The notes under the pieces were generated by a model. That model ran no database searches and had not been told where the DNA came from. It worked only from the letters and a program-made list of their open reading frames with translations. The translations under genes were made by a program, and so were the position numbers. Of a stretch of DNA of 64,000 bases, positions 47,139 to 56,711 are shown one piece after another. Position 1 is the stretch's first letter, and the number at the start of each line of letters is the position of its first letter. Source of the DNA: an uncultured delta proteobacterium (GTDB lineage: Bacteria; Desulfobacterota; Binatia; UBA9968); assembly GCA_963727625.1 (NCBI GenBank), contig CAVSHR010000012.1:384001-448000 (forward strand). Direction: 5' to 3'.

Positions 47139-48848
47139 TCACGGCACAAGCCCTGCAGCCTTCAGGGCTTTGTAGATCGTATAACCTCCGGACAGGTTCT
47201 TTGAGTGATACCCGTGCTGGGTTAGAAAACGGCTGGCGAAATACGCACGCTGTCCGACCGCGCAACACACCCAGATGTCGCGATCTTTTGGCAGCTCGGC
47301 GTAACGGGAGCGCAGTTGGGAGAGCGGCAGGTTGATCGCCTTGGGTATGTGCCCGCGGCTAAACTCGTCGCCTTCGCGCACGTCGAGCAATAATGCGTCG
47401 GTGCGGTCAAGCTCCAGCCAATCTGCCACGGGCATGTCGCCATTCAGAACGTTCTCGGCAAGCATGCCGGCGAGGTTGACCGGGTCCTTGGCGGCGCCAA
47501 ACTGCGGCGAGTAGCATAGCTCGGCCTCAGCCAGATCGTGCACCGTGCCGTGGAATTGAATTGCCGTGGCGATGACATCGATGCGCTTCTCCACGCCTTC
47601 AAACCCCACCGCTTGTGCGCCGAGGATACGGCCGTCGGGCACGGAGAATACGAGTTTGAGATGGATCTGCCGCGCGCCGGGATAGTAGCCGGCGTGATGC
47701 CCCGGGTGAAGGTAGACTTTCTCGAAGCCCGTGACGCCGGCGCGTCGCAGTCCTTTCTCGCTCGCGCCGGTCGACGCGACGGTCAGACCCAACACGCCTA
47801 CCACGGCGGTCGCCTGCACGCCGCGGAACTGCGTCGTGCGCCCGGCGATCGACTCGGCGGCTACTCGTCCTTGCCGATTTGCCGGTCCCGCGAGAGGCAG
47901 CACCGTTTCTTGACCCGTAAGCACGTCTTGCACTTCAACGACGTCGCCCACCGCCCAGATACGGGGGTCGGTCGTGCGCATCTGCGCATCGACGACTATC
48001 CCGCCGCGCGGGCCGATCTCTAAACCGGCGTCCTTGGCAAGCGCGGTCTCGGGCCGCACCCCGATGGCCAGAATGACGAGATCTGCCGGCAAGCGTGCGC
48101 CGCTCTCTGCGACGACAACCAAGCCGGCGCCGTCGTGCTCTTCGATGCGCGCAAGCCCGTCGCCCAAACAGAGCTGCACGCCCTTAACAGCAAGGTGTTC
48201 CATCAGCGGCGCCGCCATCTCGGGGTCGAGCGGCGGCATGACCTGGGGCAGCTTCTCCAATACCGTGACGGCCAGCTCGCGATGGATCAAATTTTCGACC
48301 ATCTCCAAGCCGATGAACCCGCCGCCGACCACAACGGCGGTCTTGGCGCTATGATCCGTAATCCACGAACGGATGCGGCGGGAGTCCGGGATCGTGCGCA
48401 CGGCGAATACGCCGGGCAAATCTACGCCCGGGAGCTGGGGTCGAATCGGCGCGGCGCCGGGCGACAGGACAAGCGCATCGTAGTGCTCCGTGCGCCTGTG
48501 GCCTGTGCGGAGATCGCGCACGTTAATCGTGCCGGCGCTGCGGTCGATGCCAGTGGCCTCGGTATCGGTATGCACCTCGATATTGAAACGCTCATGAAAC
48601 ATTTCTCGCGACGCCACCAGCAGGCTGCTCTCATCAGAAATGACGTTGCCGACGTAGTACGGCAGCCCGCAGTTCGCGAACGAGACGTACGGACCGCGGT
48701 CGATCAAGATGATCTCGCTGGACTCGTCGAGCCGCCTCAGCCGTGCCGCGCAGGAGGCGCCGCCCGCGACACCCCCGACAATGAGTACGCGACGGGGTGT
48801 CTCACTGTTACGCGAAGCGGTTGACTGGGGGTCAGTTTGCTGGATCAT
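47139..48848 (-). CDS. CoA-disulfide reductase-type FAD oxidoreductase with C-terminal rhodanese domain
   Basis: GGVAGGAS, SFANCGLPY, GGGFIGLE, HHAGYYPGA, ELCYSPQFG.AKDPVN, LLDVRE...GHIP...CAVGQR. Confidence 0.93.
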   Translation of the reverse strand: MIQQTDPQSTASRNSETPRRVLIVGGVAGGASCAARLRRLDESSEIILIDRGPYVSFANCGLPYYVGNVISDESSLLVASREMFHERFNIEVHTDTEATGIDRSAGTINVRDLRTGHRRTEHYDALVLSPGAAPIRPQLPGVDLPGVFAVRTIPDSRRIRSWITDHSAKTAVVVGGGFIGLEMVENLIHRELAVTVLEKLPQVMPPLDPEMAAPLMEHLAVKGVQLCLGDGLARIEEHDGAGLVVVAESGARLPADLVILAIGVRPETALAKDAGLEIGPRGGIVVDAQMRTTDPRIWAVGDVVEVQDVLTGQETVLPLAGPANRQGRVAAESIAGRTTQFRGVQATAVVGVLGLTVASTGASEKGLRRAGVTGFEKVYLHPGHHAGYYPGARQIHLKLVFSVPDGRILGAQAVGFEGVEKRIDVIATAIQFHGTVHDLAEAELCYSPQFGAAKDPVNLAGMLAENVLNGDMPVADWLELDRTDALLLDVREGDEFSRGHIPKAINLPLSQLRSRYAELPKDRDIWVCCAVGQRAYFASRFLTQHGYHSKNLSGGYTIYKALKAAGLVP

Positions 48849-49693
48849 GCAACCTCCGATTGAAGGCGGTGTGCGTATCGTAAATTCGGTCGCATGACGC
48901 CACTCGGCCACAGTTCGCGGGCTAAAACCTGTGCGAGGGCACGGAGTCCGAACTTACCCACAGCAAGGTTGAGATTGTTGGCGCGACCAATCAGGGAGGA
49001 TGTCGAGCCAATCAAGGTAATGGTGCCGCGTCCAAGAGATATCATTTGTTTTGAAGTTTCGCGCGCAACGATAAAACCCCCAAGGCAATTTTGCCTCCAA
49101 CTATTTTCAAAAGATGACAAATCGAGGTCAATTACGCGACCACTGCTGAAACCTTGAACTGAGTAAACCACTAAATTGGGAACTCCCAAATCGCCACTGA
49201 CTAGAGAAATTAATTGCATAACTGACTTTTCATCAGTCGCATCGCAGCCGTAGGCACAAACAGCCCCACCAGCGCGATTCAATTCGTCAACCAGTTGGTC
49301 AAGTCGTTCGGCGCTGCGTGAAGCCAGCGCCACTCGTAGGCCCGAAGCAGCCAATTTGCGGGCTAATGCAAAACCAAATCCTGGCCCAACTCCAACAAGT
49401 AATGCTGTCTCGGACGTTGGGGAGGATCTGTCAGGATCCGTCTTATGTTCGGGCGTGTTCTTGATCGCGATCGGTGAAACTAGATGCGAAACTGGCATCG
49501 CAAGACTAAGCACTTTCGCAAAATTGCGAACAAAGCGCCTTCGCAGGTTGCTAGACACACGAATATTTCGGCCCACGCGGTAGTAAAGGGCGACAGGCCC
49601 AAGCGGCAGTCGCCTCCGCCGCTTAGCGGCTTGCCAAGCCCGAGTAAGCGAGTCCAAGGTCAATCTCCAAGGGAGCAGTAAGTTGTAATTCAA
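48845..49693 (-). pseudogene. SDR oxidoreductase, C-terminally truncated
   Basis: GVGPGFG, KFGLRALAQVLARELWPSGV, then similarity ends where HVAH..IDG is expected; start uncertain. Confidence 0.7.
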
Positions 49694-49952
49694 GACGCAA
49701 AAGCCTTTTATCGCTAAAGCATGAATGCAAGCAAGGCCCCCGGAGCATCCGGAAGTTTTCCGAGCGCAGAAGCAATTGCTGAGGCCATGGTGCGTAGACT
49801 AACAAGTCAGAGCGAATCCGCTGGTCGAAGCCATAGCTGGCTCGTCTGATTATGCTTCGATGGCTGATCGCCGGCCCCGCGCGTGAATCCGCTTGAAATC
49901 TAAGCCCTACGGCGATAAACGCCAGCACATATTTTATTAGTTCCGCATCAGC

Positions 49953-50729
49953 ATGGGTCCTTTCACTTTCATCGGTATCGATCTCGCGTGGCGAAGCGAT
50001 CGCAATCACACAGGCGGCGCTGTGCTGCGAGGCGATCGCGGTGGCGCCGAACTGACGACGCTTTCCGATTCCATCCGGAGTATCGCAGAGGTCCGCCGTT
50101 TCGTTAACGATCACACGGGTGCCTCGACGGTCATTGCTATTGACGCACCTCTTATCATTGAGAATGAAACGGGCCAGCGACCGTGCGAGACTGCAGTCGG
50201 CAAAAAATACGGCGGTAGAGAGGCGAGCTGTCATACATCGAACCTGCGACTCTACCCGAGCGCCACGAGTGTCGCATTGGCTCGTGAGTTGGTAGCCGCC
50301 GGTTACGTCCACGCACCGGCGTTGGGCGGTGATTTCGCAAATGTGATCTTGGAGGTGTATCCCCACGCGGGTCTCGTCGCGCTTTTCGATCTTCCTAAAT
50401 CATTGAAGTACAAGAAGGGGAGATTGGCTCAGAAGCGCGCGGGGCTAAGGGCTTTGGGCCAGCACCTCGGTCGGCTCCGGCACGCGGTGCCAATCTTGCG
50501 GGCAAATGCCTGCCTGACCAATCTCTTGTCGCGCGATCTCGACTCTCTACGTGGTCGGGATCTCAAAGCTCACGAAGATCGGTTGGATGCACTCTTCTGC
50601 GCCTATCTCGCATATTACTTCTGGTATTGGGGAGTAGCTCAGAATGAGATGTTCGGTGATCTCGAAACGGGGTACATTGCGAATCCGAAGCTGATTCCCG
50701 GAGGAATTGGGACCGCAAATAGAGATTGA
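49953..50729 (+). CDS. DUF429-family protein (predicted RNase H-like nuclease)
   Basis: FIGIDLAW, IAIDAPLII.N.TG.RPCE, LEVYPH, LKYKKG, EDRLDALFCAY. Confidence 0.88.
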   Translation: MGPFTFIGIDLAWRSDRNHTGGAVLRGDRGGAELTTLSDSIRSIAEVRRFVNDHTGASTVIAIDAPLIIENETGQRPCETAVGKKYGGREASCHTSNLRLYPSATSVALARELVAAGYVHAPALGGDFANVILEVYPHAGLVALFDLPKSLKYKKGRLAQKRAGLRALGQHLGRLRHAVPILRANACLTNLLSRDLDSLRGRDLKAHEDRLDALFCAYLAYYFWYWGVAQNEMFGDLETGYIANPKLIPGGIGTANRD

Positions 50730-51050
50730 GCAGAAGTACTAGCCTGGGGGCAACAGCAATATCGACGCTTTTTTAATTGCTAAATTATCAATAAGTTATA
50801 GCTTAAATACGATTTCCCCCACCCCAAAATTTTTGCAGTTTTCAATTTCTCTCGTTTACAAAGTTCCAGCAGCGGCACGCACTCAAAGACGGACCCGCGT
50901 GCAATCCACCAGAAATTCCTGAAACGATTGCATTCAATCAACCCAAACCACCGATCGCGCCTACCTCAATTCCCGGTGAAAACTCTCCAGCTGAAGGGGC
51001 ACAGTCCAGATGCACCCGCAGTGAGCGACGGGCCTCAGATGCACTCGCGT

Positions 51051-51485
51051 TTATTCTGCGTTTAGCTGATCCCTGAGAATCGCTGGCTTAGAGGGCACTG
51101 GGTCTTTGGCGGGCTCCGATGAAAGACATCGCTGCATCGCATCCATCAATTCTTTTAGCTCGAAAGGCTTGATCATGACCTTCGCTGCGCCGACGGCGAT
51201 TGCGCGCTTGGCAACCATTGCATCCATATATCCAGTGGTAAGAATCACAGGAATTTTCTCTGTGGATGGATCGGCTCGAAGGCGCACAATTGCTTGATCC
51301 CCAGTCATACCGGGCAATCCGAAATCCATGAGGATTAAATCCGGACTCGTCACGCGTGCTCGATCTATGGCCTCTAACGCTGTTGCCGCTTTAACGACCA
51401 CGTAACCCGACCGTCCGAGTACAAGAGCTAGCAGTTCGCGACAATCAGGGTGGTCTTCAACAATGAGAACCTTCTTGCTACCCAT
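51051..51485 (-). CDS. Single-domain response regulator
   Basis: VLIVEDH...PDLILMDFGLPGMTG...IPVILTT...KPF. Confidence 0.92.
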   Translation of the reverse strand: MGSKKVLIVEDHPDCRELLALVLGRSGYVVVKAATALEAIDRARVTSPDLILMDFGLPGMTGDQAIVRLRADPSTEKIPVILTTGYMDAMVAKRAIAVGAAKVMIKPFELKELMDAMQRCLSSEPAKDPVPSKPAILRDQLNAE

Positions 51486-51498
51486 GCCGATTGGGTTG

Positions 51499-51514
51499 AG
51501 CAGGAATCATGCCG
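51499..51514 (-). promoter_or_regulatory. Possible sigma-54 promoter
   Basis: Minus strand CGGCATGATTCCTGCT; very close to the ATG, so the transcript would be nearly leaderless. Confidence 0.45.
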
Positions 51515-51944
51515 GGCGAAGTTGGGTGTTTTTCGGTCGCAGCCACTCAATTGGCAAGTGAGCAAGCGGGAGAATTCATGTCGTTCTTTACCCCAGAGGG
51601 AATATTGCGATTCATGCTTGCCAGTTGTTCTCTGCCAGTCCGTGTCAATGTTGGTGACCACACAGTCAATCGCTCTGACGATAAACTATGGCTTTTACTC
51701 TTTGGCCCACATCGGCCACGGTCTGCTTGACCGGAGCTCCCCATTTGGGGTGACACGTTTGCCGTGGTTGTGTCCTCCCGCCAATTCATTCCGGCCGATC
51801 CGCGAAAGCCGCCCTCGAGACGCACCGGAAAACCGATGTCCGCTTTGCAATTTGACCTTAGGTGAACAAACACCTCGGCCGTTCGACGTCGGTCCGGATA
51901 CATTGAACCATGAATTTTAAACTTTGAACCGGCACTGGCTGAGG

Positions 51945-52421
51945 CTAGTGCCGCGCCTTGAGCGAGCGTTCGACTTCACGCTGGGCGACTTTGCGGCGCA
52001 GGGTTTCCCGTTTGTCGTAGAGTTTCTTGCCGCGCGCCAGGCCTAATTCCACTTTGGCCTGGCCGTTTTTGAAGTAAATCTTGAGCGGAATCAGCGTGAG
52101 CCCGCGCTCTTTGGTCTTGCCGGTCAGGCGCTCGATCTCGCGCGCGTGGAGCAAGAGCTTGCGCGTACGCGTCGGCTCGTGGTTGAACTGGTTGGCGCCA
52201 GCATAGGGGCTGATATGGAAGTTGACCAAAAACGCTTCGCCTTTTTGAATGCGCGCGTAGCTGTCCACCAGATTGGCCTTGCCGTCGCGCAGCGACTTCA
52301 CTTCGCTGCCGACCAAAACCATGCCCGCTTCGTAGGTCTCGTCGATAAAATAGTTGTGCCGCGCCTGGCGGTTGACGCAAACCACTTGCTCGCCAGATGC
52401 CGCGGGCTTTTTACTTGCCAT
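51945..52421 (-). CDS. smpB: SsrA-binding protein
   Basis: NRQARHNY.I.ETYEAG.VL.GSEVKSLR, RTRKLLLH, GKKLYDKRE. Confidence 0.98.
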   Translation of the reverse strand: MASKKPAASGEQVVCVNRQARHNYFIDETYEAGMVLVGSEVKSLRDGKANLVDSYARIQKGEAFLVNFHISPYAGANQFNHEPTRTRKLLLHAREIERLTGKTKERGLTLIPLKIYFKNGQAKVELGLARGKKLYDKRETLRRKVAQREVERSLKARH

Positions 52422-53076
52422 TGTTCTTGTTCTTGTCGTCAGGCGTGATCAAGCCGCTCGAGGTGATCAGCTTAAGCGCCTCTTCCATGGTCATGTTGAG
52501 CGGCGTGACGTCGGTCGTCGGTACCAGCAAAAAGAATCCCGAAGTTGGGTTTGGCGTTGTCGGCACGAACACGTTGACCAGCTGGAGATTTTTTTTGTCC
52601 TCCAGCGGGGCCCAGGCCCTGCCCATGGCGAAGCCGACCGTAAAGATGCCGGCGCGCGGATACTCGATCATCACCACCTGGCGCTGCGCGTTGGTCTGGC
52701 CGAGAAAGGTCTGCACCAGCTTCTGCACGGCGGTGTAGACGCCGCGAAACACCGGAATCTTGATAAAGATATTTTCCCAGACGGCGAGAAAACGGCGCGT
52801 CGCCACGCCGCTGGTCAACACGCCGAGAAACAAAATCAAGACCAGCGTCACCACCGCGCCGAGGCGGGGCACCGGAAAGGGCAAATAGGTATTGGGATGG
52901 AGAGCGTCGGGGAGCACGGCGAGCACGCTGTCGAGCAGGCCGATGACCCAGCCGATAAACCACAAGGTGATCGCCACCGGCAAAAACACCAGCAGCCCGG
53001 CGAGAAAGTAGCGCCGCAGGCTATCGGTCCAGCGCGTCTTGATTTTTGGTGTAACCTCGTCCGGCACCGCCGCCAA
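52411..53076 (-). CDS. DUF502 membrane protein
   Basis: YFLAGLLV, IEYPR.G, VFVPTTPNPTSGF. Confidence 0.92.
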   Translation of the reverse strand: MAAVPDEVTPKIKTRWTDSLRRYFLAGLLVFLPVAITLWFIGWVIGLLDSVLAVLPDALHPNTYLPFPVPRLGAVVTLVLILFLGVLTSGVATRRFLAVWENIFIKIPVFRGVYTAVQKLVQTFLGQTNAQRQVVMIEYPRAGIFTVGFAMGRAWAPLEDKKNLQLVNVFVPTTPNPTSGFFLLVPTTDVTPLNMTMEEALKLITSSGLITPDDKNKNNGK

Positions 53077-53081
53077 TCTCC

Positions 53082-53930
53082 TTACTGACGGGCGAGCACC
53101 CGGTTGTCGATCAGCCGCGCCCGGCCGATGCGCACCGCCAAAGCGAGCAGCGCCGGCTGCTCGATGCGGTCGATCTCCGCGAGCGTCTCGGCGTCGCAGA
53201 GTTTGACATATTCGACGTTGGCCAGCGGCTCCGCCGACAAATCCGACCGCACCGAACGCAGCAGCGCCGGCGCGGAACGTTCACCGCGCCGGAACAGCCG
53301 CTCGGCTTTGCACAGCGCCCGGGACAAACAGACCGCAGCGCGCCGTTCAGCGTTATTTAGATAACCGTTGCGCGAGCTCATCGCCAGGCCGCTGTCTTCG
53401 CGCACGATCGGGTGGCCGATGATCTCGACGCCCATGGACATATCCCGTACCAGGCGCCGGATCACTTGCAGCTGCTGATAATCTTTCTCGCCGAAGACCG
53501 CCAGATGGGGCAAAACGATATTGAACAACTTGGTGACCACCGTGGCCACGCCGCGAAAATGGCCCGGGCGCGTGGCGCCGCAGAGCGGCAAGCTCAGCCG
53601 CTCGACCTCGACATGGGTCTCCGCCCCCTCCGGGTATACGGCCGACTCCGAAGGATGGAATAGCACGTCGACGCCCGCTTCTTGCAAAAGAACACGGTCG
53701 CGCTCGAAGTCGCGCGGATAGGCGGCAAAATCTTCGCCGGGGCTGAACTGGCTCGGATTTACGAAGATCGATACCACGAGCCGATCGGCGCGGCCGCGGG
53801 CGCCACGTACCAGACTGAGATGGCCCTGGTGCAAAAAACCCATGGTCGGCACCAGCGCGATCCGGTGGCCGGCACAGCGCTCCGCCTCGCTCCAGGCGCG
53901 CATCTCCGAAATATTTTCGATGATTTGCAT
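53082..53930 (-). CDS. panC: Pantoate--beta-alanine ligase
   Basis: VPTMGFLHQGHLSL, SIFVNPSQF, RPGHFRGV, FGEKDYQQ, GLAMSSRN, RLIDN. Confidence 0.97.
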   Translation of the reverse strand: MQIIENISEMRAWSEAERCAGHRIALVPTMGFLHQGHLSLVRGARGRADRLVVSIFVNPSQFSPGEDFAAYPRDFERDRVLLQEAGVDVLFHPSESAVYPEGAETHVEVERLSLPLCGATRPGHFRGVATVVTKLFNIVLPHLAVFGEKDYQQLQVIRRLVRDMSMGVEIIGHPIVREDSGLAMSSRNGYLNNAERRAAVCLSRALCKAERLFRRGERSAPALLRSVRSDLSAEPLANVEYVKLCDAETLAEIDRIEQPALLALAVRIGRARLIDNRVLARQ

Positions 53931-54006
53931 AAGTGAAAACTGGAGTGATGGAGTGTCGGGGTTCCGTCCCATTACTCCACGACGCCATCACTCCAAGTCC
54001 CCATTC

Positions 54007-54810
54007 TTACTTGAACGAGTGTTCCTCCGCCGGAAACTTTCGCTCTTTCACTTCGCCGATAAAATCTTTCACCGCGCCGGTCACGCTCGCTTTCAGATTG
54101 ACGTATTGTTTGACGAACTTCGGTTTGAAGTCATCGAACAAGCCAAGCATGTCATGCAGGACCAGCACCTGTCCATCGCAGTGCACGCCGGCGCCGATAC
54201 CGATAGTGGGAATGGTCAAACGATCGGTAATTTCCCGCGCCAGGTCTAGCGGCATACCTTCCAGGACCACCGAGAACGCGCCGGCTTCCTCGACCGCCAG
54301 AGCGTCGTACAGCACCGCGTCGCGCCGCTCCTTCTCCCGCCCCTGAATCTTGTAACCGCCGAAACGGTGCACCGATTGCGGCGTCAGGCCGATATGGCCC
54401 ATCACCGGAATCCCTGCGTCGACGATGGCGGCAATCGTCTCCCGGATGCTGACACCGCCTTCGAGCTTGACCGCCTCGGCGCCGCCTTCCTGTAAAAACC
54501 GTCCGGCGTTGCCTAATGCCTGTTCCTTGCTCACCTGATAGGAGAGAAAAGGCATGTCACCGATCAGCAGCGCCCGCTTGCGCCCGCGCGCCACCAGACG
54601 GGTGTGATAAACCATCTCGTCCATGGTCACAGCCAAGGTGTTGTGATTGCCCTGGACCACGCAGCCCAAAGAATCACCGACCAAGAGCATTTCGACGCCG
54701 GCTTCGTCGAGGATGCGCGCGAGAGAATAATCATACGCGGTCAAGCAGGTGATCAACTCGCCGCCCTGCTTCATCTTGAGAATATGGGGCACGGTAATCT
54801 TGTCGCCCAT
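54007..54810 (-). CDS. panB: 3-methyl-2-oxobutanoate hydroxymethyltransferase
   Basis: [49 protein letters not shown]. Confidence 0.97.
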   Translation of the reverse strand: MGDKITVPHILKMKQGGELITCLTAYDYSLARILDEAGVEMLLVGDSLGCVVQGNHNTLAVTMDEMVYHTRLVARGRKRALLIGDMPFLSYQVSKEQALGNAGRFLQEGGAEAVKLEGGVSIRETIAAIVDAGIPVMGHIGLTPQSVHRFGGYKIQGREKERRDAVLYDALAVEEAGAFSVVLEGMPLDLAREITDRLTIPTIGIGAGVHCDGQVLVLHDMLGLFDDFKPKFVKQYVNLKASVTGAVKDFIGEVKERKFPAEEHSFK

Positions 54811-54826
54811 GGCGCACCTCCCGAAT

Positions 54827-54925
54827 AAAAAAGCCTTCCGGACGGATCCGGAAGGCCAACGGGGCGGCAAGAACCACTTTGCTCTTTCCGCGCGAAAGCG
54901 CCTTTAGGCATCCGTCTCGGTCCAG
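54827..54925 (-). promoter_or_regulatory. Attenuator-like leader upstream of panB (pan-motif-like RNA)
   Basis: Terminator GCCTTCCGGA-TCCG-TCCGGAAGGC-TTTTTT (54827-54856) just before the RBS; upstream GACGGAT is complementary to ATCCGTC in that hairpin. Confidence 0.65.
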
Positions 54926-54926
54926 G

Positions 54927-55568
54927 CTAGCTGGATCCAAGCGGTATATAATGCTGCGTCCCCGAACCCATGTTATTGATTTCCTTGATCAAGTCAGCTA
55001 GTTGCTCGCTGCTTGAAACGAAATCAATCTGCGAAGTATTGACCACCAAAAGCGGCGTCTCGTCGTAGTGGAAGAAAAACTGGTTGTACGCCTTGGCCAC
55101 TTCGCTCAGATATTCGAAGGTCACACCTCGCTCAAATTTTTTATCCCTTTTTTTAACCCGTTTGTAAAGCACCTCGGGGCGAGCCTGCAGATAGACGACC
55201 AGGTCCGGTTTCGGCACCCGGGCGTTTAGAAGAACGTAAATTTGCTGGTAGAGACTGAGCTCCTCGGCACTCAGGGTCAAGGTGGCAAAGATCTGATCCT
55301 TGGCGAAGAGGTAGTCGGCCACGGTGTTCTGATTGAACAGGTCCTGTTGCCCCAGCTCCATTTGCTGCTGGTAGCGGTTGAGCAGAAAAAAGGTCTGGTT
55401 TTGGAAGGCGTAGGTCTCGCGCGATTTATAGAATTTGGGCAAAAACGGGTTGTCTTCAACGCGCTCGAAGACCATCCGGGCCTGGAATTCATTGGCTAGA
55501 ATTTTTGCCAGGCTGGTCTTGCCGACGCCGATGGGCCCTTCGACAACTATATATTTTGCTTTTGCCAT
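54927..55568 (-). CDS. Deoxynucleoside kinase
   Basis: IVVEGPIGVGKTSL, NPFL.KFY, FFLLNRY.Q, PDLVVYLQA. Confidence 0.93.
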   Translation of the reverse strand: MAKAKYIVVEGPIGVGKTSLAKILANEFQARMVFERVEDNPFLPKFYKSRETYAFQNQTFFLLNRYQQQMELGQQDLFNQNTVADYLFAKDQIFATLTLSAEELSLYQQIYVLLNARVPKPDLVVYLQARPEVLYKRVKKRDKKFERGVTFEYLSEVAKAYNQFFFHYDETPLLVVNTSQIDFVSSSEQLADLIKEINNMGSGTQHYIPLGSS

Positions 55569-55631
55569 CGCACCACCTTGAATCTACACGTTGACCAAAA
55601 ACTTGTCTAGTTTGTGCTATACTCGGGCGCG

Positions 55632-56711
55632 ATGGCGAGGTTGCGCGACAGACTCGGCAAGCTGATCATGGTCGGCTGCCGGGGTGACAGCCTGAGCCGT
55701 GACGAGCGCTTGCTGTTTGAGAAATATCGCTTTGGCGGATTTATCCTGTTTCAGCGCAATTGCGCCGAGCCGCGCCAGATTCTGTCGCTCTGCCGCAGCT
55801 TGTGGGACGGCGCGGCGAGCCACCCGCCGTTTATCGCCATCGACCAGGAAGGCGGCACCGTCCATCGGTTGCCGGGACCGTTCACACACTTTCCCGCCGC
55901 GGCGAGCATCGGTGCGCGTAACGACCCGGGTCTGGCCTATCGGCTGGGACGCGCTACGGGCGTCGAGCTAGCGCTCGTTGGCATCAATTTGAATTTCGCT
56001 CCGGTGCTCGATGTAAATTCCAATCCGCGGAATCCCATCATCGGCGCCCGCGCCTTCGGCGCCGAGCCCGAGCGGGTGATCAAGATTGGCGCGACCTGGG
56101 CGCGCGGCTTGAGGGACGGCGGCGTGATTCCCTGCGGCAAGCACTTTCCCGGCCATGGCGACGCGGAGCAGGATTCACACCTCGCCCTGCCGGTGGTCGA
56201 GAAATCATTGGCCGAGCTGCAAGCCCTCGAACTGCCGCCGTTCGTCGCCGCTTGCCGCGACCGTATCGAGGCGCTCATGACCGCCCACGTCAAATTCACA
56301 GCTCTCGATCCGAACTTTCCCGCCACCCTGTCCGAACCCATCGTCACCGGCCTGTTGCGCCATCACCTCGGCTACGACGGCGTGGTGTTTAGCGACGACT
56401 TGGCGATGCAGGCGATCAGCGATCATTTCGAAGCCGGCGCGGCGGCAGCCCTGGCGCTTTACGCTGGCGTCGACATGTTGCTGTGCTGTCATGATCTAGC
56501 GCAAGCAGCCGAGGTGGTCGAATTTCTTTGCTGCGAAGTCGAGCGCACGCCAGCGCTACGCTCCCGGATCGAAAACAGTGAGCGACGGATCAACGAACTG
56601 AAGGGGCGATGGTTGAAAGAATTCCGCGGCGCCGCAGATGATGAATTAGAGGAGCGCTTAAGACGGCTGGACCATCGGCAAACGGTCGAGGCGTTCTACG
56701 GCAGCTTGTAG
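55632..56711 (+). CDS. nagZ: Beta-N-acetylhexosaminidase (GH3)
   Basis: IAIDQEGG.VHR, FAPVLDV, KHFPGHG...DSH, MTAHV, FSDDL.M. Confidence 0.93.
   Translation: MARLRDRLGKLIMVGCRGDSLSRDERLLFEKYRFGGFILFQRNCAEPRQILSLCRSLWDGAASHPPFIAIDQEGGTVHRLPGPFTHFPAAASIGARNDPGLAYRLGRATGVELALVGINLNFAPVLDVNSNPRNPIIGARAFGAEPERVIKIGATWARGLRDGGVIPCGKHFPGHGDAEQDSHLALPVVEKSLAELQALELPPFVAACRDRIEALMTAHVKFTALDPNFPATLSEPIVTGLLRHHLGYDGVVFSDDLAMQAISDHFEAGAAAALALYAGVDMLLCCHDLAQAAEVVEFLCCEVERTPALRSRIENSERRINELKGRWLKEFRGAADDELEERLRRLDHRQTVEAFYGSL

Larger units (their letters stand above)
41845..50830. mobile_element. Island 2: decayed P4-integrase island at the same tmRNA site (about 9 kb)
   Basis: P4-type integrase remnant directly after att; accessory cargo; degenerate att-like CGATTTCCCCCACCCCAAAAT at 50810-50830. 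Right boundary uncertain. Confidence 0.6.

Noticed and set aside
51450-51920. Overlapping ORFs between the receiver gene and smpB
   Set aside because: No motifs; more consistent with promoter or intergenic sequence.
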